DNA from: Eledone cirrhosa
Taxonomy: Eukaryota
Reading direction: 5' to 3'
DNA: 64,000 bases
NCBI GenBank assembly: GCA_964016885.1
Contig: OZ024758.1
Location: 32,116,001-32,180,000, forward strand
The position numbers and the translations under genes were made by a program. Positions 31,900 to 45,330 of this stretch are shown one piece after another. Numbering within the stretch: the first letter of the stretch is position 1; every line of letters begins with the position of its first letter. The notes beneath the pieces were generated by a model, which ran no database searches, was not told the DNA's origin, and saw only the letters and a program-made list of their open reading frames with translations.

Positions 31900-33099
31900 C
31901 ATGGCGTAAGATCTACAACGCATCTCCATACTCTAGTGTTTGTAATTTATGTCTAGCAGAAAAATTTACCATTATCTCGAATTTCAACACAATAATTAAA
32001 TCGAAGAACCGATTTATTTGGACTTTGTAATCATAAATCCTCCAATACCTTTCACAAAGTATATAGCTGATGTCCTTTAACATATTCCATGTGTCACGAT
32101 TATCTTTACACATCCTTCATTATATTCTACAATGTATTATTTTGGTTTTCTCATTATATATTAAGCCTTTGATCTTCTCTTCTATAGCCTCAGATTTTCG
32201 CTCAAACCTTCGTAGATTTTGTAAATAAAACATGATATCATATTATAATAGATCTCTACTTTTTCTCTAAGTTTATAAATCATTTTAGCAATTTCTTTTA
32301 TTTACTTGATGATATAAAATAACTTAAATAGTATACCCCACATATATATTTTTACTAGAAATTATTAACTTTGACATAGATAGACTATTTTTATTTTATT
32401 TTATAAAAATCTTTTTATATTTATTTTATTAATACACCCCTTAAACCAATTTTTAGTATTTAAACCCAATATAAAATAATATACCCAGTTTCTATATTTT
32501 AGACCTCTAATATTCGCACATACACCTCATCAATTTATTTTTTAACCGTTATTTACAGTTGTTTTCAATTTCACAGCGTTCCTGATCTCTCTCTTTCCTT
32601 TTTCTTTCTTCTCTTTCTTTTTCCTTTTTCTCTTCTTCTTTCCTTTTCTTCTCTTTTTCCTATCTATTTCTTACGATAGTATTAACACATATATTTTTAT
32701 CATATGTAGACTTTCCTATAAACAAGTGCTATTATGTCTCATATCATCAGATCATCAGAGACAACTGATTTGTCTCTGATGATCTGATTAAGCTAACATC
32801 GTATTTAAAATTGAGTGGCACTGCTTCTAGTGTTCAGCAATTTTTAGACAACTTAATCAGTAAAACAATTGTTAGACTGTAAATAAATACCTTTTGTGTA
32901 CTGTTGACCATGTTATTCTTCACTTTTTCAATTTTATTACTCCAAGATAAACTTACTTAGGAATACAAGTGAAATCATAAACTCGTCATCTACGTAAACC
33001 TCTTGTTGAGTCAAACAACGCCGTACGCTAAAACTATCCATAATAAGAAGTATTCACAACCTCTAACTGGATTACCTATAACGATATTTTGTTATCCCT

Positions 33100-33100
<1 letters not shown>
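31900..33100 (+). mobile_element. PLE 3' end (endonuclease C-terminus CNLCLAEKFTII plus tail) with a long-stem-II HHR at 32772-32877
   Basis: Translated remnant at about 31930-32040. Motif gtct-CTGATGA-t-ctgattaag...cttaatcag-t-AAAAC-aatt-GTT-agac. The related copy at 37191-37301 has intact GAAAC. Confidence 0.7.
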
Positions 33101-33144
<44 letters not shown>

Positions 33145-33153
<9 letters not shown>

Positions 33154-33652
33154 TTGGTGCTTTGAAATAGCAATATATATATGAATGTATATATAGCGTA
33201 TTTTGCAATACACTGTATGCATAATTAAAAGCATTGTGAAGACCTTACACTATTGTTTTAAAGTACTGACTATGTCACTTACTTCTTTTTTCAGCAAACA
33301 AAGGGAGGTAAGCTGACAGATCTCTGTTTCGTACTGTTGGTACTCCTCAGAGCTTACCACTCTCTTTGCCTGCTGAAAATTATGAATGTTGAATTCTTAT
33401 AGAATTCCAGTAATAATCAGGAACTAATTATACAGAGCGGTTGCCGGTCCAGCAAAAATTGAAAATTAGAATTGGTGTCCTGAAATAGCTAGGAGTACCA
33501 ACAGCACGAAACAGAGATCTGTCAGCTTACCTCCCTTTGTTTGCTGAAAAAAGAAGTAAGTGACATAGTCACTACTTTAAAACAATAGTGTAAGGTCTTC
33601 ACAATGCTTTTAATTAAGCATACAGTGTATTGCAAAATACACTGTATATACA

Positions 33653-33660
<8 letters not shown>
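33145..33660. mobile_element. Fold-back element (arms about 33180-33346 and 33492-33660) with an HHR
   Basis: Reverse-complement arms flanked by (TA)n. Confidence 0.78.
33307..33358 (-). ncRNA. Canonical type I hammerhead ribozyme candidate
   Basis: 8-bp stem I ggtaagct/agcttacc, CTGAGGA, gtac-caaca-gtac, GAAAC-aga-ga-tct-GTC. Confidence 0.85.
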
Positions 33661-33710
<50 letters not shown>

Positions 33711-34028
33711 CGCACATACATATAAAAATATATAAGCGTTTACACACACATACACACACACACACACATATACATACATACACACACACATACATATCTA
33801 AATACACATCCCCGAAATTAGAAATAACTATATATATATATATAACGAAGGAAATGTGGTAAGGAACCAGATGGACCATAACGCACCAAAGTACTCAATA
33901 CTTAGGGTAGTAGAGTGGGTAATAGGAGCCCGACGGCTGAGCTCAAGCCGTTTCGACGGCTAATTCTGGACTAAATCAAGAATTAGCCGTCGAAACGGCT
34001 TGAGCTCAGCCGTCGGGGTCCTACTCGT

Positions 34029-34110
<82 letters not shown>

Positions 34111-34322
34111 ACATAAAATTAGGCACACATACACATTTATACGCACATACACGCAATCTGTACATACATACACATACAATCACACGCATATATACAGACA
34201 CAGAGAAGGACACTAATATAAGTATATATACATATATACATATATATATATATCCAGGCGGATAAACAAGAAAGGATCAAGAACGCAAGTAATGAATTAC
34301 AGATATAAATATATATATATAT

Positions 34323-34770
34323 ACAATATATTAATAAATGGAAACTATATTTATAAAACCATAATTATTTTATTATATATATTTCAAGGGCAACCAAGGC
34401 AATTTTGGTGCGCTTTCATCAGATAAAATGGAAAATATGTTTTATAAATGTTAACATACCCGTAAAAAAACAACATTGACGGTTGAAGGTTCGGTGGATA
34501 GACTATCCACCGAACCTTCAACCGTCAATGTTGTTTTTCTACGGGTATGTTAACATTTATAAAACATATTTTCCATTTTATCTGATGAAAGCGCACCAAA
34601 ATTGCCTTGGTTGCCCTTGAAATATATATAATAAAATAATTATGGTTTTATAAATATAGTTTCCATTTATTAATATATTGAATACTTACTCCAGAAATCT
34701 GTTGAGTACTTTATATCAGTTATAAAACTTTTAAGCTTGTTGAATCCCAACAAATTAAATATAACTTCTG
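34323..34770. mobile_element. Near-perfect palindrome (centre 34502, arms about 180 bp) of an HHR-bearing family; relatives at 43310-43770 and 44105-44495
   Basis: HHR 34576-34636: ttttat-CTGATGA-aagcgcaccaa..ttggttgccctt-GAAA-tatat-ATA-ataaaa. Confidence 0.78.
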
Positions 34771-34794
34771 CATATATATATATATATATATATG

Positions 34795-35373
34795 AAAAAA
34801 TGGGGAGAAGAATACTGCAGGTTGCACATGGATAACATGTAATAAAATAAGTCCCTCATCAGTGATTTGCCGACGATCATAGATATTTCATTGCATTAAA
34901 AATCATATACCTCACGTCGGTGCAATAATAACTAAATTAAGTTATTAGGACAATTAAAACGCGTAAAGCGAGTGAGACAAGATAACAACAAAGAGGAGAG
35001 CTAACCGTAGAAGGAAGGGAACAAGCTTCATAGTTATTCTGTTAGCATAAGCTAGGTGAATATATGAGCGTTTAGAAAAAAGACCTTTCGGGAACGAATC
35101 CAAATGTGAGAAAGAGAGAAAATGTTTTCGTCGCGAACGGGGTGAAGTGAGAAGAGGAAAAACAGTGAGTGAGTGAGTGGAAGTGTGAGGAAGAGTTAAC
35201 TGACATGACAGAGGGGGCGAAAGAAAGTAGGAGAAACAGAGAGAACGAGGGAGCAGTAAGAGAGAGAGAGAAAAAAACAGAATCACAGTTTAGGTAAATA
35301 TATGTGAAAAAATGGGGAGAAGAATACTGCAGGTTGCACATGGATAACATGTAATAAAATAAGTCCCTCATCA

Positions 35374-35375
<2 letters not shown>
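34795..35375 (-). mobile_element. Non-coding unit of about 510 bp bounded by direct repeats of about 70 bp; relative at 5070-5500
   Basis: 34795-34865 is repeated at 35305-35375. The repeat contains CTGATGA on the minus strand. Confidence 0.6.
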
Positions 35376-35408
<33 letters not shown>

Positions 35409-35409
35409 G

Positions 35410-36415
35410 TTATAGTTTGGGAGGGTCATGCTGCCAATAAAAACACATAAACCTGTTGGTTTTTTCACTTCAATTTATTATATTGTAGTTGCTTTTATAA
35501 CCGGATCGTTGTTTATATATTGTCAAAGCTATTTCGTCACACATTCTGTGACCTCTTCAGTGACTAGGTTTTTATTTTGTCTCTCCTTTGTTCTGTCCTA
35601 CATCTTGTTTTTGTGTGTTCTGTGTTTGTTTTGCGCCTGCGTTACATCCGTGTGTGTTTTTATTTATTTATGTGTTTATTTACTTGTCACTTTTGTTCTA
35701 TCTGTGTGTCTGATTTGTTTTGTTAGTTTGGTTTTTGTGTCTGTCTGTATGTCTTCACTTTGTCCTTAATTACTAGTTGTGATGTTGCTATTCCACTCAT
35801 GTTTTCTGTTTAATTTTGGTTGGAGTTCGTTTATGTTTGTCGCCTCTGTAATTTGTCTAAGCATTGCATCTTTTCTGTGTGTGGATATCATTTTTATTTC
35901 TATGTTCTCCAGTGTGCCCCTATATTCTATTTTAACATGTTGGTGGAGGACTGATGAGTTTTTCCTATCTTGGAGTTCTTGCCAATGTTTATTTATTCTT
36001 TCTCCTGTGCTACGGGCTGTTTCACCTATGTATATTGTGTTTTTATTCCTACAATGTCCTTCAGTAGATCTTATGCTATATACTACGTTTTTAGTTTTGC
36101 AGTTAGTTTACCAACCACACAACACACAACACACAAAAATAAGATGGTGCAAGACAGAACAAAGGAGAGACACAAAACAAAAACCCAGTCACTGAGGAGG
36201 TCACAGAATGTGTGATGAAAGAGCTTTGACAATACGTGTATAAACAACCATTCGATTATCGAACCAACCAACCAACCGGAAATTTATAATAAATTGAAGT
36301 GAAAACCAACAGGTGCGTGTGTTTTTATTAGCAACTTGACCCTCCCAAAGTATAACAATATCTGTTTCAACACATGTTTTCAGATGAGAAATCTTGCAAA
36401 ACAAATTCAAAACAT
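35410..36415. mobile_element. PLE fold-back: GIY-YIG remnant (35770-36105 minus) with HHR arms (35521-35566 minus, 36186-36231 plus)
   Basis: The minus strand encodes NVVYSIRST..YIGETARSTGERINKHW, similar to 30340-31180. Confidence 0.78.
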
Positions 36416-36542
36416 ATATATATATACATAAAGCAGCTACCAACTTCGCTAATTTCAAACCAACTTGATTCGATCCAACAATTCCATAAGTCAAATTGTA
36501 CCACCTGAGTCTATTATAATAACCCGTGATTATTATTATTAA

Positions 36543-36740
36543 CGGGCGGTGGATTGGCAGTAACGGTAGAGGGTCGGACTCCATGCTTTGAAGCATAGAG
36601 TTACGGCCCTTGCCATTCTGAGTTCCTGCAGAGGTTAACTTTACCTTTCATCCTTACGGAGTCGATAAAATAAAGTACCAGTAATACACTGGATAATTGT
36701 TGGCCTTGTGCCAAACGTAGAAACAATTATTATTATTATT
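36543..36740 (+). mobile_element. tRNA-type SINE with (TTA)n tail
   Basis: Same family as 31241-31425. Confidence 0.85.
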
Positions 36741-36749
36741 AACTGTCAA

Positions 36750-37350
36750 TAAATCACCTAATCAATGAATCAACATCATAACTTTTCTCTCTTTCACTCT
36801 CTTTCCCTAAATATATTTCACCTCTTACATTATATCCTATTGTATTCTCTTCACTTCTAACATAATTTCCAATTTATTAATTTAACCAATACATATATGT
36901 ATATATTTAATATTTTCATGTTTATACCATCACATCTTTATATATTAACCACCAACAGCACAACTATTTTCAACAATCATATTATGTTCACTTCTTTTTG
37001 CACACTTTTTTTTTATCATCTTCATTATAACTTATTTTTTATTATTTATTTATTATTTTTTCTTTTTCTTTATCTTCTTTCTTCTTTCTTTTTCTCTCTA
37101 TCTTTTTCTTTTTTTCTGTTTCTTTCTTTATTACTGATGTTTTAATTTGAATTTTCCTAGTATATTACAAATGCCGTGTATAATTTTAATCAGTTTCTGA
37201 TGATTTGGTTAAGCATACATTGTATTTAAAATTGAGTGACACAACTTCAAGTGATTAGCAATTTTTAGACAACTTAATCAATGAAACAATTGTTAATACT
37301 GTAAATAAAACCCTTTTTGTACTGTTGACCATGTTATTCTTCACTCTTTC
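36750..37350 (+). mobile_element. PLE tail with long-stem-II HHR (37191-37301)
   Basis: Similar to 32770-32930. Confidence 0.65.
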
Positions 37351-37397
37351 ACTATATATATATACATATATATACATATACACACACACATATATAT

Positions 37398-37444
<47 letters not shown>

Positions 37445-37471
37445 CACGCACACATATATACACACTCACAC

Positions 37472-37535
<64 letters not shown>

Positions 37536-37856
37536 TGTATTCTCCCAAATCCTTATGTTAAAAGAGAGTCTTTCAAAATTCCAAAGCACAGTGGCTAGAA
37601 TTTTTGGTTGAGTGTTTGAGTTAGGACCAGTAGAGTAAACTTCATTTCCCACATAAATTCGCCATTCTTCCTTACACTAACGAGCACCCTGTCCCCTTCT
37701 AATTATTGAAAGCTTCATATTTGGTTGAATAAATAAAAAGCTGTGCCAATGGTTATTAGAACATGTTTTCACAACAAAGATATTTTAACATGGAACTTCA
37801 CCAACAACAAGACTAATCAATATGTATAATTCTTTCATAGAAACACACATGCATAG

Positions 37857-37924
<68 letters not shown>

Positions 37925-38033
37925 ATGTGTGCGCGTGTGCATGTGTAATAAAAGACCGACTACACTACTTTATATATATGCATGTAATCTACCAAATCCT
38001 TGTGTTCCAAAGCAGGGGCTTAGAAGGCTAGAA

Positions 38034-38077
<44 letters not shown>

Positions 38078-38169
38078 CTTAGGTTAGTAGGAGTTAGGTA
38101 TTATATACCCGTGTCCCGTTAAGGTATTGGCAGCATAATAATTAGCTCTATGCTTTGGAGCAGAGCCGT

Positions 38170-39245
38170 ATATATGAAAAAGAACACAAGAGCGTCTACA
38201 ACATCAAAAGATTTTTATTGGCTAACAATGTTTCTTCCTTACGTGTAACCGTAGGATTCATCAGAGCTATAAAAGGGGTTTGATTGGTGTTATGGACTCT
38301 ACCAACCAAACACCCAAGAACAAAGAGTAAAGAGAGTAAAGAGCAAAAGTAAGGGACGATAAGTCTAATTTTGGTGCGGGAGGGTGGGGTGTTGGTCCTT
38401 GTTTACTAGCTGCGGTCATATTCATTCCCGGGAGTCGGGTGGTTAGCTGAACCATAGATGGGGTGGCGTCGATAGTACGGTGCAGAGGGTGCGCAGAGGC
38501 TACACAAACACAAAGGGCGTAGAATACATATATACACATAGCGGAGGAGAAGGTACATGAGGTAATTAGAAATGGAAAAAGAGTAATAATAATAATCTAT
38601 AATTAATAGTGTATAATAAGGCATGGGGAAGATTACACTATAATAAGGTATAAAGGTAAGAATAAGGTAAAATATAAAGGAGGATAAAAGTGGAAATAAT
38701 AATAAAGATAAAAAAATATATATAGAGAATATATAAGGAAATATAAGCGAATATTTGGAGGGGAAAACACAATGTAAAAAAACCGATTTTTTTCAAACAA
38801 TAATAAAAATATAATAATTATGGGGGGAGAAAACAGGATAGAGAAATATGATCAAGTGTGATTCGTTGAGAGAATATAAGATGATAATAGTTATGTCCAG
38901 TTTATACATCTTAATAATAAATAATAAACAATATGTGTATCAGAGTTGCAGAACCTTCAATTCACTTACGGGTTCAAGCCACGTGGCATGGTCCATTGTT
39001 TATCTGTGCGGTCATGTGCGTTTGTTTTTGACACCACAGCAGATGCACAAGTTTGTAAATTCCAATGCAGATAGAAATCAATTTTTGCTCACCCGGACAC
39101 TGACTTGGTTGGTAGAGTCCATAACACCAATCAAACCCCCTTTTATAGCTCTGATGAATCCTACGGTTACACGTAAGGAAGAAACATTGTTAGCCAATAA
39201 AAATCTTTTGATGTTGTAGACGCTCTTGTGTTCTTTTTCATATAT
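38170..39245. mobile_element. Fold-back element (arms about 38170-38310 and 39105-39245) with HHR 39141-39202 (+)
   Basis: gct-CTGATGA-a-tcctacg-gttaca-cgtaagga-a-GAAAC-att-GTT-agc. Confidence 0.75.
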
Positions 39246-39409
39246 ATATATATAGACACACACATACACTCTCAGAATAATATAGGTGTGTGAATACTCC
39301 CCCACATACATTCAGTGAATATACATGTGTGTGAATACCCCCTCCCCTCCACACACACACAAATACCTACATATATATATACATATATCTATATATATAT
39401 ATATATATA

Positions 39410-39710
39410 ATACTGTTGTATATTTTTGAGACGAGGAATTATTTACATTATATACATTGGATGGATATGTGTCCTCATCTTGTTTTGTTGTTAACACGTT
39501 TTGGCTGATGTACTCTCCAGCCTTCATCAGGTGTCCTAGTGATTTATTATTAACGTTTGTACAGGAGTACAATTCTAGGCTGAACAAATGTTAATAATAA
39601 CATCACTGGGACACCTGATGAAGGCTGGAAAGTACATCAGCCGAAACGTTGTGTTAACAACAAAACAAGATGAGGACACCTATCCATCCAATGTACATAA
39701 TGTAAATATA
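39410..39710. mobile_element. Fold-back element with a minimal HHR at 39610-39655 (+) and its mirror copy
   Basis: gacac-CTGATGA-a-ggct-ggaaagtacatc-agcc-GAAAC-GTT-gtgtt. Arms about 39440-39555 and 39590-39708. Confidence 0.75.
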
Positions 39711-41704
39711 TATAAGTTTGATAGGTTTCGCCCAGTATTGGCCCAGGCCATGACTTACTCAATAACACCACCTGGTGCTATATAATGTGATATTATGTAT
39801 CATTATGACATTATTTCCATTTTAATGGTAGCAATAAATGTTGTCTGAGAGATAGATTCTTCTCAGATATATTGACATAAGTTGTGGAATAAAACGTAAA
39901 ACTAATATCAATATAGTCATCTGTACAGTGAAAACATGAGCTACTCACAGATACACAAAACACACATGTGTCAATATGATATTTCCCTGTATAAAATTTA
40001 ATAGAGATTTTATGAAGATATAAAGATTGTACCAAGCAGTGAAAATAAGTAATAAACATTATAAACATTAATAAACAGTAACAATTTTTCATGAAAATAG
40101 ACATAACTGAATTTAGAGTCTTAAAAACATTTCCTTCAGAATTTGAAACTATCTGCTGATTTATAAAGAAGGAATTTCTGAAAAAATGTTTCCATGGCAT
40201 CAAAGAAGCAAAAATAGAAAAAAAAGAAGAAAAAAAGAACACACACATACACACATGAAAAACCCCCCAAAAACACCAAAGGGAAAAAAAACAGCACTGA
40301 TTTTTTTGGCAGGAAGTCGATAGCTGTAAAGTCATGAGTATGCTTTGACATAATAGTTAAACTTAACAGTGTAGTGATATGACTGATTAATTTTTTAAAA
40401 GATAAAAGTATACACCATATGCTTCAGAACCCTGTTTTTTTTTATTATAAAACTGAAAAATTAATATTTTCCCTGGAATACTAATTTGTAGAGGAAAAAA
40501 AATTCACTTGTTAAATTTATTAAAATATCTTTGAAACGTTGAAAATGCAACTGAAATATAGATGTGTGCATGTATACTGACACCGAGTATCACACATTTA
40601 GTATGTATATATAAATATATATATAGAAGGAATTTGTAGTTTACTAGAAGCATTGTATATGGTATAAAGAATTCGAAGTTTGAAAGCCACGACAATGTGG
40701 GTTTAGACAGAGAATAATTAAATTGTAAGAAACAGGGCTGGTTTGTTTACCTTAATTTATTCATATGTCCTGATATTTTGAGATCAATATCTTTTCTTCT
40801 GAGGAAAATAAAGGAACTATTCCATTGTCTTATGTGGCTTGCTATACCATGCTGTGTCTAAATCTGTATTATCATGGCTTTCAAACTTCGAATTCTATAT
40901 ATATATATATATGCTGCCTAAACACACACGTGCTTTCCTTATGTGAAAACAATTTTTTCCAATTTTTTCATTCCTTACACTTGTCTATCCTTCTATTTCT
41001 TCTCTCTCTCATTCTATATTTCGATAAAAGACCTACGTCGGAAACGTTAAGACTCTCTTCTAACTATATCAAGCATTAAATTAATATATAACATCATATA
41101 TGTATTGTTATCCTGTGTTGTTTTTTCTTGTTGACCCTTTTTATATATATATATATATATATAAATCTTGTCATATATATGGTAAAGACGAACCAACGTT
41201 TCATTCAATGGGAAGAAACATAACAACATCACTTATGATGTTACACATGTGTGACGAAAGAACTCTGAGAAACTATATTTATATCTATATTTTTATCTGT
41301 TGGTCAATCAATGACAAACATTGATTGACGGCTGAATTAATTATAGAAATATAAAATATGCTTAAGCGAAAACAAACCCAAATCAAACAGTGAATGTCAT
41401 TTACTATAAACTTTTGGCAATATTATAACCTGATGCCCCTTGTTTAAATAATTGGTGTAGATTGATCAACCAACTCTGCTGTAATCAAACATAAGCACTC
41501 TACATCATGTATATGGTATCACACTCACATATATATATATAGATACATATATAATAGTAGTACAAATATTATAATATAATTATAATCAAAATATTAATGG
41601 GAGTAATTATACTCATTTACAGGGTGTTTTGTAGCTGAAGCTTAATTAGTCTCTAATACTTAAACATCTTATTGAATGGGTAAAATATATATGAATATAT
41701 ATCA

Positions 41705-41765
41705 ATTGCGGTGCCCCAGCATGGCCTCAGTCAGATGGCTGGAACAGCTAAAAGAGTATGAATAG
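41705..41765 (+). mobile_element. SINE 3' fragment (gcggtgccccagcatggcc..cagtca..tgg.tg.aaca..taaaaga)
   Basis: Resembles, from recall, the 3' tail of a common octopus SINE. Confidence 0.55.
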
Positions 41766-41861
41766 ATAAGATATTATTCAGAGAAGCAATATTACATATT
41801 ATATATATGTACACACTTATATATACATGCATACACACACACATATATATGTACATATATA

Positions 41862-42450
41862 TAATAATGAAATGACAGGAGGCTGGATTTGTGTAAATCC
41901 TTGAAAGGTTTATTATACTATGATCATTTCAATGACCGGGTTCCGTATGAATCCGGTGATATCATCAGGTATTCGAAATATAATACGTGAATGTAATAGG
42001 TAAAATCCATGGGGCTGAAAATCGAGACCCGAGGGCGACCGCTATTCTGTTCCTTCAACTTCAGCCGGTCGCCCTGGAGTGACGTGGCTAAATTTTATAG
42101 TATGCTACTACCGGTCAGATGAACGGTAGTAGCATACTATAAAATTTAGCCACGTCACTCCAGGGCGACCGGCTGAAGTTGAAGGAACAGAATAGCGGTC
42201 GCCCTCGGGTCTCGATTTTCAGCCCCATGGATTTTACCTATTACATTCACGTATTATATTTCGAATACCTGATGATATCACCGGATTCATACGGAACCCG
42301 GTCACTGAAATGATCATAGTATAATAAACCTTTCAAGGATTTACACAAATCCAGCCTCCTGTCATTTCATTATAATATTTAACTCCGTAATAGCACCACC
42401 AACTACAAAAACAAAGACGGTTGAACTGCTTTACGTTGAGTACTCTCTAT
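41862..42450. mobile_element. Near-perfect palindrome (arms of about 250 bp, 10-nt loop at 42114-42123) with HHR 42265-42322 (+)
   Basis: atac-CTGATGA-tatc-accgg..ccggt-cact-GAAAT-gatc-ATA-gtat. Confidence 0.78.
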
Positions 42451-42648
42451 ATTATTGCATTACGATTGACCATACGGAATAGACCAGCTCTATACAGTGG
42501 TGAACCTCAAACCTGTACATATATATATGTATATATACATGTTTATATATATATACACACACACACACATATATATATATATGTGTGTATATATACATGT
42601 ATATATTTATATATATACACACACACATATATATGTATATATATATAT

Positions 42649-42749
<101 letters not shown>

Positions 42750-42940
42750 AATAATAATAAATTTGAAGAGGGCTCGATAAGGATAAATATATATCAAATA
42801 TATAAGAACCGTAGAGCAAATATTTATTAAAATAACAGATTAAAGTTTAAGCAAAGAATCGCTGCTTTCACCCTTAACGGGATCTTCTGGGTGAAAGCAG
42901 CGATTCTTTGCTTAAACTTTAATCTGTTATTTTAATATAT
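42750..42940. mobile_element. Mini fold-back of the PLE family A tail, turning at the HHR-like stem II
   Basis: ...gctttcacccttaacgggatcttctgggtgaaagcagc... Confidence 0.7.
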
Positions 42941-42948
42941 ATATATCT

Positions 42949-42981
<33 letters not shown>

Positions 42982-44589
42982 CACACATATATACCTACAT
43001 ATATAACTCATAGAATTTATGTGTGTCAATATTTCAGTATATTTATATAAGTATGTTTCTAAGTTTTTATATGTATTGTAATAGTGTTTCAATGGAGAAT
43101 ATATTTTCTAATTTAGGTAAAAGTTTATTACAAGAACAGGAAAAACTGGCGGAATGTTCCGGAGTGAAAATATCATTTTCTTTTCAACTGTATGAACAAA
43201 ATCACTGCTACTAACTGTAGTGATGAAAATGTATCACTGCAAAATATAGATTATTAAAATAGTTATATATATATATGTGTGTGTATATATATATATATAT
43301 ATATACACATGGAAAGTTATATTTAAAATTGTTGGGTTACAACTAGTAAATATTTATAACTGATATAAAAGCACTCGACAAATATTTGGAGTATATTTAC
43401 AATATTAAATAAATGGAAACTATATTTATAAAACCATATTTATTTCATTATATATATTTCGGGGATATCATATTAACAATATGCTATGCCTTCCTCAGAC
43501 AAAATACAATATAAACAGTTTTATAGATAAATAGATTCGACATACCGTAATAACACCGACTTGCATTTGAAGAGGTTAAACTGGCAGTTTAACCTCTTCA
43601 AATGCAAGTCGGTGTTATTACGGTATGTCGAATCTATTTATCTATAAAACTGTTTATATTGTATTTTGTCTGAGGAAGGCATAGCATATTGTTAATATGA
43701 TATCCCCGAAATATATATAATGAAATAAATATGGTTTTATAAATATAGTTTCCATTTATTTAATATTGTATATATATATATATATATATCATCATCATCA
43801 TTTTACGTCCGCTTCTCCCTGCTTGCATATATATATATGTGTGTGTGTGTGTGTGTATAAATATGTGTCAGATACGTATATATATATATATATATACATC
43901 TATAGATACATATATATATACATACATTAAATACATATATATACATATATATATATACATACATATATATATATACGTACATCAATTTATATACATACAT
44001 ATATATATACGTACATAAATATATATACATATGTACATAAATATATATACATATATAAATATGTATACATACATATATGAATATATATATATATATATAT
44101 ATACAATGATATTAAATAAATAGAAACTATATTTATAAAACCATATTTATTTTATTATATATATTTCAAGGGTACCAAAACACTTTGGTACGGTTTCTTC
44201 AGATAAAATACAAAGTTTGTTTTATAAATAGAGACATACCCAGGAAAATCATACCTTATCAGTTGGATATTCTCTGGATAGTGAAAGTGTATTCTCTGGA
44301 TAGAAAACGTACCAAGGTGTTTTGATACCCTTGAAATATATATAATAAAATAAATATGGTTTTATAAATATAGTTTCCTTTTATTTAATATCATTGAATA
44401 TTTACTCCAGGATACTGTTGAGTGCTCTAAATCAGTTATAAACATTTATATTTATATTTGTCGGATTTCCAACAAATTAAATATCCCTTCTACTTATATA
44501 TATATATATATATATATTAGAAAGAGAAGTTTTTTTTTACAAAATGAAAAATAACCGAGGTGTCCTACACAAGTGAAAGTATAAAGAAA

Positions 44590-44770
44590 AAAAGATGAAA
44601 TCGAAAATGCGGCTGGAGTCTTATTTAAAAAAAAATATATATATTTATTTGGTTCCTTTACCGGTTTCGCAGTTCTTCTGCGAAACCGGTAAAGGAACCA
44701 AATAAAAATATATAGTTTTTTTAAAAATAAGACTCCAGCCGCATTTTCGATTTCATCTTTTTTTCTTTAT
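44590..44770. mobile_element. Palindrome centred on an HHR stem II hairpin
   Basis: cctttaccggtttcgcag-ttctt-ctgcGAAACCGGTAaagg. Confidence 0.65.
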
Positions 44771-45294
44771 ATATATATAATAGATATATATATAATAGAT
44801 ATATAAGTATGTATACGTACATACATATATGTATACAGACGTATACTAGTATGTATATACATACATACATGCACACATATATATATGTACATTTATTATA
44901 ATGCTCAGTTTGTTTGTAAACAAACAGCCCGAATTAGTAGCTGTACAGTGTTCGGCAACTATCGTCGCCTTTTTGTTCAACACTGACTAAGGAACGATGA
45001 ACTAGTTTCTAGCTTATTGATCTGTCATCAGCACCGTATCGTCAGTCGATTGAACGTTTGAAAGTATATACTTTCCTTATGCATATTAATGGCTGAGCAG
45101 CCTAATTTGCATATTGAGTGAGTTAGTCGGTCGGGCGTACCGAAAATGATAAATGGAAAAAATGAAATTTCATTTCTCACTCTTAGTACGGTTGATACTT
45201 ATATATATACGGTTGATATATATATATATATATAGATATATAAGTATGTATACGTACATACATATATGTATACAGACATACAGTAGTATGTATA

Positions 45295-45330
<36 letters not shown>

